DNA of 32,014 bases, taken from a virus. Taxonomy: Duplodnaviria > Caudoviricetes. The notes beneath the pieces were generated by a model, which was given only the letters and a program-made list of their open reading frames with translations, was not told where the DNA came from and searched no databases. Within the stretch, counting starts at the first letter, position 1, and each line of letters opens with the position of its first letter. The DNA lies in the IMG/VR virus record IMGVR_UViG_3300020045_004729, positions 1 to 32,014 of that record. One strand, 5' to 3'. Of the stretch, positions 17,278-26,336 are shown in pieces. The translations under genes and the position numbers were made by a program.

Positions 17278-18525
17278 TTAAGGTGTTACTACTAAATCAT
17301 CTTGAATGTCTGAAATATCTCCAAACAAAATTGAGCCAGCGTCAGACGCTTTGATGTAAGTTCCTAAAAATGCTTCCAGTTTTCTTGAAACCAAGTTTTT
17401 AGAGAAATCATCATTTTCATAACCTTCGTCATAAACAATGTTTTCAGCAAAAACAACGTTGAATTTTTTCAAATCACCCAACAAAACAGCATCATCTGCA
17501 ATTTTATTTGAAAACTTAACGTTTACAGAACCTACTTTTGTACCATCAGCTGAAACAAATGGTGCAATAATGTATCTTTCTTCTGCGTCTTTAATTCCTG
17601 CCATTTTAGCCTGCCAAACAGTATTTAAAATAGCAGTTAATTGACCTTTGAAATTAGACAATCTTACACGTGTAGCCATTGCCATAATAACGTCATAAAT
17701 GTTTGGTGCTACATAGTAACCAGCTAAACCAGCAGGAACAATAAAAGCAGAAGCCAGTTCTTCCATTCCAGCCAAATTGTTACCCACATTGTCTCCTTCT
17801 AATAATTGATCGTCAATTTTCTGATCTACCAATTCTCTTGCGTGTTCTTGAAAATCTTGTACGATTGCTGGTGCGTGCATCATTAAACGTTTTGTGAATT
17901 TCCAACGAACAGCGACCTCTTTGATATTGTGTTTTGTGGAAGTCCAGTCTGCATCTGCTAAAGGTTTTAAAGCTCCCTCTGCAATAAAAGCAGCATCTCC
18001 ATCTTCATTAACACGGTCAGAAGTCCAAATACTTTCAGTTCCAGGTTGTGTCTTAACGGTTACCAATGGCAAAATGATGTTTTCAGGTTTTGGAACGTGT
18101 CCGATTTCTGTATCAATGTAGTTCCCAAACAATGGAGAAAAACCACCAGCAACATTAGGACTAACGTTTGCAGTCGTCATAAGTGCAGCGACTTTGATTA
18201 CTGTACTTGATCCGTATTGCTTGTTTTCAGGGTTTTTTGTGTACTCTTCGATGTTTTTCTCAACGAAAGTAATAAAAGTTCCTTTTTTAACGGCTTCTTT
18301 TCCTTCTGCTGTTTCTTTCATTACATTAATGATTTCTTGCATATCAGAAATAGCTTTGTTTGCTTTGTCTAAATCGCCTTTGAATTCTTTTTGCATCTTT
18401 TCCGCAAGTTCGTCAAGTCTTTTTTGAGTGGCTTCGTTTTCTGATGCTTCTTTTTTAGCAAAATAAGCATCAGCTTCTGCTGGTGTCATTTTGTCGATTT
18501 CTTCTTGTGTTTTTTTAACAAACAT
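17278..18525 (-). CDS. Major capsid protein, HK97 fold with N-terminal coiled-coil delta domain
   Basis: ~110-aa charged helical N-terminus, AAFIAEGALKP, QLLEGD..GNNLAG, LLGDLKKF. Confidence 0.93.
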   Translation of the reverse strand: MFVKKTQEEIDKMTPAEADAYFAKKEASENEATQKRLDELAEKMQKEFKGDLDKANKAISDMQEIINVMKETAEGKEAVKKGTFITFVEKNIEEYTKNPENKQYGSSTVIKVAALMTTANVSPNVAGGFSPLFGNYIDTEIGHVPKPENIILPLVTVKTQPGTESIWTSDRVNEDGDAAFIAEGALKPLADADWTSTKHNIKEVAVRWKFTKRLMMHAPAIVQDFQEHARELVDQKIDDQLLEGDNVGNNLAGMEELASAFIVPAGLAGYYVAPNIYDVIMAMATRVRLSNFKGQLTAILNTVWQAKMAGIKDAEERYIIAPFVSADGTKVGSVNVKFSNKIADDAVLLGDLKKFNVVFAENIVYDEGYENDDFSKNLVSRKLEAFLGTYIKASDAGSILFGDISDIQDDLVVTP

Positions 18526-18541
18526 AGTTTTTTGTGTTTAA

Positions 18542-19360
18542 TTAATTTCTTCTTCTTTTACTCATTTGAAGTGATTTCTCGGCTTCTATTTCTTCAAGTG
18601 ATTTCTCGGCTTGTTTATTGTTTGTGATTTGCCCAGTAGATGAATTGCTTCCAAAAACTACTAAACTTGATTCTCTAACATTTTTCGCTTCTTCAATAGC
18701 AAAAAAGTAGTAAATATAATCAAATTCTTCTTTGTTAGCTATAACTGGATAATATTTATCATAATTAGCTTTAAAAACCGAATCATCGGGATCATTGCTA
18801 TCTAAACAAAGAGAGAACTTCACATATTGCATCCTTACACTTCCTTCTATTGAATCTCCACTATCTAGCCAGTCTTTTACAGTTTCACATTTTACTTGGT
18901 TCTTTGGCACTTTATAAATCAAAACCTCTGTGTCTCCTTCGTATGGTTTCCCAATTAAAGAAAAAGGAACTTTTGCCGTGAACATTTCAATATGTTCTTT
19001 TCTGACAACAACTGATTTTATTTCTAAATCATGATCCGTTACTAAATAATTTTTACCTTGTTGCTCTTTGATTGTTTTCTTCCAAATGCCGTCTAAATGC
19101 AAATCTTCATGACTATCTAATACTTTTGTAGAATTAACCGCAATGTAGTAAAAGTTATCATCAATCTTAATACCTTTCAATTGGTCTGTAAATTTCAATA
19201 AATCCAAAGATTTACAGGTTACAGAAACGCCTTTGTCACAAGATTTTTGTATCTGTGATTTTTTAGCATCTGAAATAAATTCAAGATTATCTTTTAAATC
19301 TTTGAATAATTCCTCCTTTGTTTCAAATGTTTTATCTGGAAAATAAATTGATTTTATCAT
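18542..19360 (-). CDS. Prohead maturation protease (HK97-type)
   Basis: LDSHEDLH, LVTDHD, EGSVRMQY, RESSLVVFGSN; lies between portal and capsid. Confidence 0.75.
   Translation of the reverse strand: MIKSIYFPDKTFETKEELFKDLKDNLEFISDAKKSQIQKSCDKGVSVTCKSLDLLKFTDQLKGIKIDDNFYYIAVNSTKVLDSHEDLHLDGIWKKTIKEQQGKNYLVTDHDLEIKSVVVRKEHIEMFTAKVPFSLIGKPYEGDTEVLIYKVPKNQVKCETVKDWLDSGDSIEGSVRMQYVKFSLCLDSNDPDDSVFKANYDKYYPVIANKEEFDYIYYFFAIEEAKNVRESSLVVFGSNSSTGQITNNKQAEKSLEEIEAEKSLQMSKRRRN
18569..18612. repeat. 17-bp direct repeat (aagtgatttctcggctt x2, 27-bp period) encoding AEKSL twice
   Basis: Copies at 18569-18585 and 18596-18612. Confidence 0.85.
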
Positions 19361-19455
19361 TTCTTAATATCTTTTTTATCTTGCGCCTGCTGTGTTTTTT
19401 TTACTAATTTTTCTTTAGCTTCTTTTTTCAATTGCTCTTTTAATTTAGTTCCCAT
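19357..19455 (-). CDS. Small basic peptide, 32 aa
   Basis: Hand translation MGTKLKEQLKKEAKEKLVKKTQQAQDKKDIKK; ATGA overlap with protease. Confidence 0.6.
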   Translation of the reverse strand: MGTKLKEQLKKEAKEKLVKKTQQAQDKKDIKK

Positions 19456-19460
19456 AATTT

Positions 19461-20684
19461 TTAGTTTAATAAATTAGCCATTAATTTTTTAGCCTCGCCT
19501 TCAGTAATTCCACCAGCGTCCTTAACTTTGATTATGTTATCTAATTGAAGTCCAACTTTTTCAACACGTTCTTTTTCAAAAACTTGATTAAACATTAGAT
19601 GCGACCAACTCATTCTAATATCTTGATAACTGTATTGATTTTCGAACCAATCTGTAAGCATCTGACCTTTTGGAGCTTCGCAATATTCAATCAATCTAGC
19701 CATTGATTTTTCTTGATTTTCATAAGTAGAACCCCTTAAGTTTGCTTCTAAAATATCTCTTGGAATATTAAACATTGTGCCAAACATAAAATAATCATTG
19801 TAGAAACTTTCGTCAATTTTCAACTTTCCAATATCCTCAACAAAACGTTTAATATCAATCATTGATTTAACAGCGTGTATATTTTTAGAAGAACGAACTT
19901 TTGTTTCAATCTCTGTTTTTTCAGTTTCTCCCATTGGTAATTGAGTAACGTTTTCAGGGTCTGCTTTTCCTGCAACCATAAATTTTTGAGAAAACTCTAA
20001 ATTTATACTTTTTGCGTCCAAAGCTAATTCGCTATTTCTTATAACTTTATACAAAGCGTCGATGCGACTATATCCTTTCATTGGATTATTTGATCCTGCA
20101 TTTGTAAGGTCGTGAAAAGGCGTAATTTCGTTTAATTTTATAAACTTTACGTCTCCATTATCAAATCTGTATCTAACTGAATTTTTAAAAATATCATTAT
20201 ATGATTGTTTTGATAAAATCAAAGATTGTAATTTCGAAATTATACTAGAATCCCAATCGAAATTAACAGGGTTTAGCCATTGAATATTGCTATTTTCTGC
20301 AAGAACTTTTGAATTATTAGGATTATATAAATAAGCCGTTCCAAAAATATTTAACCAAAACTTATAATCCCAGTTAAACTGCGTCCAACTTTGTAATAAG
20401 TTTGGCTTTTTCGATTCTGAATACAAAAAATCTTTCTCTATTAATTTTTCTTCTTGATATTTATTGATTTTTCCAAGAGAAAAAATATCGCAATCCAAAG
20501 CAATAACTTTCAATAGAGCAGGGTTTTCTGTGCAATATTTTAATTTGTAAGCGTCTGGAATAACCTTACCCAATGCAGTACTCGAACTGAACATTGTGTA
20601 AAATATATTTCCTACTGTGTCTTGTTCTATATTCAAAGGTTCTCTTTGATTTCCCCCAAAACCTATATTGAAAAAGAAGCCCAT
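19461..20684 (-). CDS. Portal protein
   Basis: 407 aa after TerL; KGYSRIDAL, FNIPRDIL, STYENQE motifs. Confidence 0.9.
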   Translation of the reverse strand: MGFFFNIGFGGNQREPLNIEQDTVGNIFYTMFSSSTALGKVIPDAYKLKYCTENPALLKVIALDCDIFSLGKINKYQEEKLIEKDFLYSESKKPNLLQSWTQFNWDYKFWLNIFGTAYLYNPNNSKVLAENSNIQWLNPVNFDWDSSIISKLQSLILSKQSYNDIFKNSVRYRFDNGDVKFIKLNEITPFHDLTNAGSNNPMKGYSRIDALYKVIRNSELALDAKSINLEFSQKFMVAGKADPENVTQLPMGETEKTEIETKVRSSKNIHAVKSMIDIKRFVEDIGKLKIDESFYNDYFMFGTMFNIPRDILEANLRGSTYENQEKSMARLIEYCEAPKGQMLTDWFENQYSYQDIRMSWSHLMFNQVFEKERVEKVGLQLDNIIKVKDAGGITEGEAKKLMANLLN

Positions 20685-20700
20685 TTAATATAATTTTTAA

Positions 20701-20708
20701 CAAATATA
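20701..20708 (-). promoter_or_regulatory. -7 element TATATTTG upstream of portal
   Basis: Exact match in the terL-portal gap, 16 nt before ATG. Confidence 0.6.
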
Positions 20709-20725
20709 AACATTTTTTCTATACT

Positions 20726-22021
20726 TTATAATTTATTTTTTGCGTGACGTCTTCCGTAGCGTATTGGATCGCACAAATCATCAAAAGCTTTTATTACTTC
20801 ATCATCTACAACTCCTAACCTGTCATTTGCATAAGAGTAGTTTTTAAACTCCATATCTATATTTTTCGACTCTTCTGTATAAATAACTTCTGTGGATTGC
20901 AAAAGAGTAATTCCCGCCATTACAGAACCTTTAGGTTTATCAATTCCATAAGCATATTCCCAGCCGTGATTTCTCAAAAGAATTATATTGTCAGGTACAG
21001 CACTATCACAAACTAAATAAGCATCTTTTGGAATTCCTAATTTAGTAACTGTATTTATTATAATACCGCCATTATCTCGCATTAATTGTCTTTCTTGAGC
21101 AGACAACATAGCTTCTAACTCGTTTTCAGACAAGTAATTTCTTTCGTGACAATATAATTTATTTGCGTATTTATCGAATTTCATTTCAACAATACCGAAT
21201 TTATGATTTTTACCCCAATCCAATCCATAAAAAGATTTTAATGGTATAGATATAAATTCAGAGTATTTATTTCTTTTCCAGTCTGTAAATACACGACCTT
21301 CAACCGCTTCTGTCCAACCACCCATAACAACTTGTTCGTATTTTTTTGGGTTGTCTATTTTTAATTGTTGGTAATATGAAATTATATTAGTGGCTAGATA
21401 TTCTTTTGGCACATCTTTGTATGATGTATGAATATACATAACGTTTTGTTTAATGCAATTAGAACCTGCATCAATATTTCGACCTATAAAGAAGTGTCTA
21501 AAAATCCAATGATGAACCGATGCTGGATTTAAAATAAGAATTGTTAAGTTTCGCTTTTCTTTTGAACGAATAGATAAAAATACTTTTTCGTATGTTTCAT
21601 AATCCGGCAACTCTTCGGCTTCATCAACAACGAAACAATTAAATCCAAACAATGATTTTAAGTTTGCGGTTTGCTGTTTAGAACCAGTCTTAATGCCTTT
21701 AAATGCAATACGACTTTCTTTGTTTTCAATATGACTAATTGTAGAATTCACATACCCATCAAGACCTAACAATTCAATCTTACTATCAACCTCTGGCTTA
21801 ATTGAATCTACGATTGAAACATTTGTAAAACGAGTGTAAAGGACATTCCAAAAATGATAAGCTAGAGCGATTAAAGAAAAACAAGCTATTACAAAAGATT
21901 TAGCAGAACCACGACCTCCTGTTAAAATAACAGTATCGACTTCTGGATGCAACCCTTGTAATAACTCAAAAAGCAGTTTGTATTTTTTGCTGAATTTAAT
22001 CTTCATCGTGATCTGAATCAA
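20726..22021 (-). CDS. terL: Terminase large subunit, PBSX/SPP1-like (start may be 22006)
   Basis: Walker A GGRGSAKS, Walker B VVDEAEE, LILNP, nuclease GLDWG and DDLCDPIRY. Confidence 0.95.
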   Translation of the reverse strand: MIQITMKIKFSKKYKLLFELLQGLHPEVDTVILTGGRGSAKSFVIACFSLIALAYHFWNVLYTRFTNVSIVDSIKPEVDSKIELLGLDGYVNSTISHIENKESRIAFKGIKTGSKQQTANLKSLFGFNCFVVDEAEELPDYETYEKVFLSIRSKEKRNLTILILNPASVHHWIFRHFFIGRNIDAGSNCIKQNVMYIHTSYKDVPKEYLATNIISYYQQLKIDNPKKYEQVVMGGWTEAVEGRVFTDWKRNKYSEFISIPLKSFYGLDWGKNHKFGIVEMKFDKYANKLYCHERNYLSENELEAMLSAQERQLMRDNGGIIINTVTKLGIPKDAYLVCDSAVPDNIILLRNHGWEYAYGIDKPKGSVMAGITLLQSTEVIYTEESKNIDMEFKNYSYANDRLGVVDDEVIKAFDDLCDPIRYGRRHAKNKL

Positions 22022-22427
22022 TGAAAATTATTGAAGGTGGTGTGTTTCCCTTTATTTCTCCGCTGTGTTCTATTGCATTTGTATCTTTCCATCCAAAGTT
22101 TTTAAGAATAAAGATATTACCAGTGCATTTGTCTCCCATTGATGTTGCTATCTCGTGAAACTGTTCTATTTTGGTCAATGCTCTTTTTATCGGGTCTAAA
22201 AACTCAACTTTTTTTGCATAATTATAAAGAGTTTGTTTGCAGTCAAAACCTAGAAATAAAGTCAATCCAGTGACAGTCGGTGGTTCATTTATTACTGGTA
22301 ATCGTTCAAAATATTTAAGGCAAAGCTCTGATATTTTTTCAATATCTTGTGGGTTTTCCGCATTATAAATTGGCGGTCTTCCACCGTTATTTTCTAATGC
22401 GTTTGTATTTCCAAAAGGTGCTCCCAT
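21996..22427 (-). CDS. terS: Terminase small subunit (P22 gp3-like)
   Basis: GAPFGNTNA...GGRPP, PPTVTGLTLFLG, IFILKNFGWKD..IEHSG. Confidence 0.88.
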   Translation of the reverse strand: MGAPFGNTNALENNGGRPPIYNAENPQDIEKISELCLKYFERLPVINEPPTVTGLTLFLGFDCKQTLYNYAKKVEFLDPIKRALTKIEQFHEIATSMGDKCTGNIFILKNFGWKDTNAIEHSGEIKGNTPPSIIFIDSDHDED

Positions 22428-22513
22428 AAACCAAAGAGATATAAAAAATAGTCGAGTATTATTTCAACACTTCTTTATAGCGGTATTAGCCACAACTATT
22501 CTATTTTAGATTC

Positions 22514-22555
22514 AAAAAACCGCTTTCAACAAAGGACACCCCAACCAAAAGCGGT
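22514..22555 (-). terminator. Intrinsic terminator upstream of late genes
   Basis: ACCGCUUU...AAAGCGGU stem followed by UUUUU. Confidence 0.65.
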
Positions 22556-22603
22556 AAAAATTATTAGTAATTATGAACTGTAAAGTAACGAAATTATTTT
22601 GAA

Positions 22604-22753
22604 TTATACAACAATCTCTTTTTTTAAATAAAACCAATGATAACCGGTTTTAAAATCTCTTTGTATGTGAACTAATTCCCATCTATCTTGCCCATAAAGA
22701 TTCAAGTCTCTTTCTGATAAATTAATTTTTGTTTTGTATTCAAATTTCTTCAT
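22604..22753 (-). CDS. DUF4177-like small protein, 49 aa
   Basis: Hand translation MKKFEYKTKINLSERDLNLYGQDRWELVHIQRDFKTGYHWFYLKKEIVV; FEYK..LN.YG..(G/R)WELV..Y.K pattern. Confidence 0.7.
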   Translation of the reverse strand: MKKFEYKTKINLSERDLNLYGQDRWELVHIQRDFKTGYHWFYLKKEIVV

Positions 22754-22755
22754 AA

Positions 22756-23052
22756 TCATTTATTTTTTAAGTTAAAAATTTCGTTTGCTTTTTCGATTGC
22801 CATTCCAATAGCAACATTTCTATACATAGATTGAAAACCGCAATGCTCTATGTTTGCTCGATAAGTTCCTTGCATATCGTAATATGGGTCAATTCCAATT
22901 CTAATCCCAACCGAATCAAAGAAATCTATCAACACGGCATTGTACATAGCTGTTGAAATATCGAGTGAGTAATGTTTTGCGTAGAATTTTTCCAATCCTT
23001 TGTGTTTTATCCATTCTTTGAACGCATCGAGGCATTTCCCTGTTAATTTCAT
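22756..23052 (-). CDS. Hypothetical phage protein, 98 aa
   Basis: ORF track. Confidence 0.8.
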   Translation of the reverse strand: MKLTGKCLDAFKEWIKHKGLEKFYAKHYSLDISTAMYNAVLIDFFDSVGIRIGIDPYYDMQGTYRANIEHCGFQSMYRNVAIGMAIEKANEIFNLKNK

Positions 23053-23137
23053 TTCATTAGTTTTTTAATTATTTTATCAATTGCTTTTCCATTCATTGTG
23101 ACGCTTCAATATCTTTATTGCTTCTTTTTAGTTTCAT
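23049..23137 (-). pseudogene. Possible decayed small gene
   Basis: Plausible start at 23137 and ATGA-coupled stop at 23049, but fragments MKLK / EAIKILKRHNEW / GKAIDKIIKKLMK lie in different frames. Confidence 0.4.
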
Positions 23138-23142
23138 AGTTA

Positions 23143-23394
23143 TTAAAATTTATATTTTCTCAATCTTTTTACTATAATTCTCAATTCGAGTAATTCCTCA
23201 CTTGGCCCTGTGAATTGAGGTTGTCTAAATTCTTGTTCTAATTTTTTGAACTCTTGTGAGTCTTTCAATCCTTGTTTAGCAAGTCGAGCCATTTGAGTTA
23301 ATCTTTCAGAACGTTCTTGTTGTTTTTGCAATACGTCATCTATCTTGAAGGCTAGTTTGGCTAAATCATTCAGATGGTCTTCCTTTAGTTTCAT
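23143..23394 (-). CDS. Hypothetical helical protein, 83 aa
   Basis: ORF track; ATGA overlap. Confidence 0.75.
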   Translation of the reverse strand: MKLKEDHLNDLAKLAFKIDDVLQKQQERSERLTQMARLAKQGLKDSQEFKKLEQEFRQPQFTGPSEELLELRIIVKRLRKYKF

Positions 23395-23771
23395 AATTTT
23401 GTGGTTAATTCGTTATTTGTTAGTGCGTGGTATAGGTTTTGTAGTTGGTGGACATATTTAACATAAACTAAAGACTCTGACCATCTAAACTGATATCCGT
23501 TTTTATGCACTTTTATTTTTAAACTTGAGTTTTGATAAAATCTAACGTCTGATTTATATTTAACAAACCCCATCTTCAACAACCATTCCTCGGTTAGTGG
23601 GATTGGTTCGAATTCATCTATTGTACAGTTTAATAATCCAGCACCGTCAAACAATTCGATGATATATTTATCTGAATATCTTTTGTCTTTTAATGGCTTT
23701 GGAGAGTATATTCCCGAAACCATCATTATCATTCCATTGTACTCTACATAATTTACTAATTGATATTTCAT
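23391..23771 (-). CDS. Conserved Bacteroidota-phage hypothetical protein, 126 aa
   Basis: EPIPLTEEWLLKMGF and YVHQLQNLY motifs, recalled as a common phage family. Confidence 0.8.
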   Translation of the reverse strand: MKYQLVNYVEYNGMIMMVSGIYSPKPLKDKRYSDKYIIELFDGAGLLNCTIDEFEPIPLTEEWLLKMGFVKYKSDVRFYQNSSLKIKVHKNGYQFRWSESLVYVKYVHQLQNLYHALTNNELTTKL

Positions 23772-23814
23772 AATTTTATTTTTAAGTGATTAATGTTTTG
23801 TTGGGTTTGGATAC

Positions 23815-24066
23815 TGTATAGTAATTGTATAGTTGTATAGTAACTGTATAGTTAATTTTTTCATAACTTATTGTGTCTTAATTGTTTAACTAAAATTAGT
23901 GTATAATTATACACTTTTTTAAATACCTCTTTAAATATATTAATTTTTTTTATATTTTATATTTTATATTAATATACTGTATAATATGTATAATAATCAA
24001 TAACAATAGGCTTTAACACGTTAAAAACTGTATAAAAAGTGTATAATTTTTGTATAGCACTATACA
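23815..24066. repeat. Iteron-like TGTATA array with central palindrome and AT-rich tract; probable replication origin
   Basis: TGTATA at 23815, 23826, 23834, 23845, 23900, 23978, 23987, 24029, 24040, 24051; inverted copies near 23908 and 24061; palindrome 23898-23915. Confidence 0.75.
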
Positions 24067-25352
24067 CTTTTTGACCACGCATATAAAGTTGCTCTTGTTA
24101 CGTTCAACATTTCAGCTACTTTGGTATAATTTATCTTTTCGCCTTTTTTAAGCATAATCTCAAAAATTTCCTTTGGAGAAAGTTCTTTATTTATCGCCAC
24201 AATCGATGCAATAGATTTTGTTTCCTTTGCGCTAACCTTTACTTTTTGTGCTTGCTTTATGAAATATTTACTTAATTCAAATGCTTTTAAAACCGTTTCT
24301 TTTGTAATTAATACAGGAATGTTAATCTCTTCAAAGCTATTAATCAAATGGATTAATAACGTAAAACGTGGAATATAACTCTTTTGCTTTGGCAGCATTG
24401 ATTTCATATACTCGTTCTCTTCATCTGAATTTTGCATTATAGAAATTTGGTTATAGATTTTCTCCCATTCGTATTTTGCTTCATCATTAAATCTAAATTT
24501 ATTAGGTATAATTTCTCCGTCCGCATCTTTTTTAATATCCATCGAAATTGAATTATAAAACCTTTTTACCCAATCATCATAATATTGAATAGCCGTGACA
24601 TTCATTTCATTTGAATTGTACATTTCTATTTTAATTTCAGGACAACACAATAAAATACGGTCTAAAAATCCATTGCTTTTATTTTCTTCGGTTGAGAAAC
24701 TTTCAAGGATTGCAGGTTGTACACCTCCAAGGATAGGAATAAATGGACGTGGTAAATAAGAGTTTCCGCTTTTACGATTCATTGAAACTGCTTTCCCTGA
24801 CCAAGTAGTTAGCCAAAACGGTAAATCAGAGCCGTTGGAATATCGTGACATATTTTTTACCCATCCATCTAACTCTTCCCGGAACATTCCCATACTATTT
24901 GGATTTTTTCCATGAATAGCCACTAATGCTTCAATAGTAATATCGTTAACAATAAACTGTTCCTGCTTCGGCTCATTTTCTTCATCTCCGTTTGAATCTT
25001 CCCATGCTTTATGTTTTCTTGGATAACTGGAAATAAGTTCAGAATTTATGCGTTCGAATGGTCTTGTCGCCATAGAAATTGAAGGCGTTTTTCCAACCCC
25101 TGCCGAACCAACACAAGCCACCCAAATATTAGCAAATTCAATCCACCCGGCTTTTACTTCAATACAACAAGAATTTCCAACAATAGACGAAACGCCCCAA
25201 ATCAATGAGCAGCCCATATAATCGATATTACTGTCTAGTGTGGAATTAGCATCTAAAATATAAGATTGAATTGGTTTCGGAAATATCTCAATAGGAAATT
25301 CTGATTTTTTTTCCTCGGTAATTAAAGCGGTCATTTGTTCTTTTAAACTCAT
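24060..25352 (-). CDS. DUF3987/YfjI-like P-loop NTPase (putative replicative helicase) with C-terminal HTH
   Basis: FPIEIFP, GSAGVGKTP, DITIEAL, FREEL, ILGGVQP, NGFLDRIL; HTH YTKVAEMLNVTRATLYAW. Confidence 0.85.
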   Translation of the reverse strand: MSLKEQMTALITEEKKSEFPIEIFPKPIQSYILDANSTLDSNIDYMGCSLIWGVSSIVGNSCCIEVKAGWIEFANIWVACVGSAGVGKTPSISMATRPFERINSELISSYPRKHKAWEDSNGDEENEPKQEQFIVNDITIEALVAIHGKNPNSMGMFREELDGWVKNMSRYSNGSDLPFWLTTWSGKAVSMNRKSGNSYLPRPFIPILGGVQPAILESFSTEENKSNGFLDRILLCCPEIKIEMYNSNEMNVTAIQYYDDWVKRFYNSISMDIKKDADGEIIPNKFRFNDEAKYEWEKIYNQISIMQNSDEENEYMKSMLPKQKSYIPRFTLLIHLINSFEEINIPVLITKETVLKAFELSKYFIKQAQKVKVSAKETKSIASIVAINKELSPKEIFEIMLKKGEKINYTKVAEMLNVTRATLYAWSKSV

Positions 25353-26194
25353 ATTTTTTCATTTAAGTATAAATCTGCAATATCTAATCCATCTTCACAA
25401 TCTGTATTTTCAATCATATCCGATGTAGTAATGTTGTAACCAAAATTATTCATTTCCAACGCCTTGTCAAACCATTCTTTGTAACATCCTTTATCTGGAA
25501 AAGCTATTATTTTACGTAATTTAATTGATGACAAGTATTCGATTTTAAAACCGCTTTTTGATCCGGTTGCTATCCATAAAAATTCAGGAACAAACATCGA
25601 CATTATAACGGCTGTTTTTTCACTCTCAACAATAGCTATAGTTTTAGATTTATCTTCTTTAGTTAAGTGTAACCCGAAAAGGCATTGTTTTAAATTGTAC
25701 GGTTGTTTATGTATCCAATTAATATGAGCCTTTCCATTTTCGTCTTTAATGCGTTTTCCTGTAGTTTGATTGTATTCCATGATCTTTCCTGAACGAACCC
25801 TTTCAATTTGGTCAATTTGCCAAAATATAGTATTGTTACGAATGGAAGACAAAAGATAATCAAACCTTGCTTTTCTAATTTGATGTGTGTCAAATCGAGT
25901 TGAAAGAAATTTAATGAGGTTGCAGTCTACTTCGTTTAAAAAATGTTTTTCCAATACTGACAATGAAATATAATTAGTTTCTTTTTTTAGCAGGTCGTAT
26001 TTTATCGGAACAAAAATAACATCGTTACTTTCTGGTTTTTTATGGTAACCGCAATTTTGTTCACGGTCGCAACGCATTGCGCCTTGTACTTGATTTCCTG
26101 TTTCAGTTTCGATATAAGAAACGGCTGTTTTTTTTCCACAACCAGCACAAACTATTTTACCCCGTTTCGCTAATGAATATTTGAATTGTGTCAT
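25349..26194 (-). CDS. Primase-like protein (Zn finger plus TOPRIM; DUF6371-like)
   Basis: CAGC..RCDREQNCGYH, FWQID, QCLFGLHL, IVESEKTA, WIATG, FPDKG, DIAD. Confidence 0.85.
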   Translation of the reverse strand: MTQFKYSLAKRGKIVCAGCGKKTAVSYIETETGNQVQGAMRCDREQNCGYHKKPESNDVIFVPIKYDLLKKETNYISLSVLEKHFLNEVDCNLIKFLSTRFDTHQIRKARFDYLLSSIRNNTIFWQIDQIERVRSGKIMEYNQTTGKRIKDENGKAHINWIHKQPYNLKQCLFGLHLTKEDKSKTIAIVESEKTAVIMSMFVPEFLWIATGSKSGFKIEYLSSIKLRKIIAFPDKGCYKEWFDKALEMNNFGYNITTSDMIENTDCEDGLDIADLYLNEKI

Positions 26195-26195
26195 A

Positions 26196-26336
26196 TCAGT
26201 TTAGGTAAATTGTGAATAAAATAGAATCTCTATTGAAAATAGATTCTAACTTTTGAAATAAATTATATTCAATAATTCCATTTATAAAATAATCACAAAG
26301 TTTGTCGTATTTGTTTTGGAGTAGATTATATTTCAT
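26196..26336 (-). CDS. Small hypothetical protein, 46 aa
   Basis: Hand translation MKYNLLQNKYDKLCDYFING...TIYLN; ATGA overlap upstream, ends 1 nt before primase ATG. Confidence 0.6.
   Translation of the reverse strand: MKYNLLQNKYDKLCDYFINGIIEYNLFQKLESIFNRDSILFTIYLN

Noticed and set aside
8303-18427. Plus-strand ORFs within tail tip, tape measure and capsid genes
   Set aside because: Antisense shadows with no independent signals.
22443-22500. Hammerhead ribozyme or tRNA
   Set aside because: No CUGAnGA core on either strand and no cloverleaf or T-loop.
23815-24066. CRISPR array
   Set aside because: Repeats are 6-mers with short irregular spacing; no cas genes.
25690-25893. Nested minus-strand ORF in the primase gene
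   Set aside because: Alternate-frame ORF with no motif or initiation signal.
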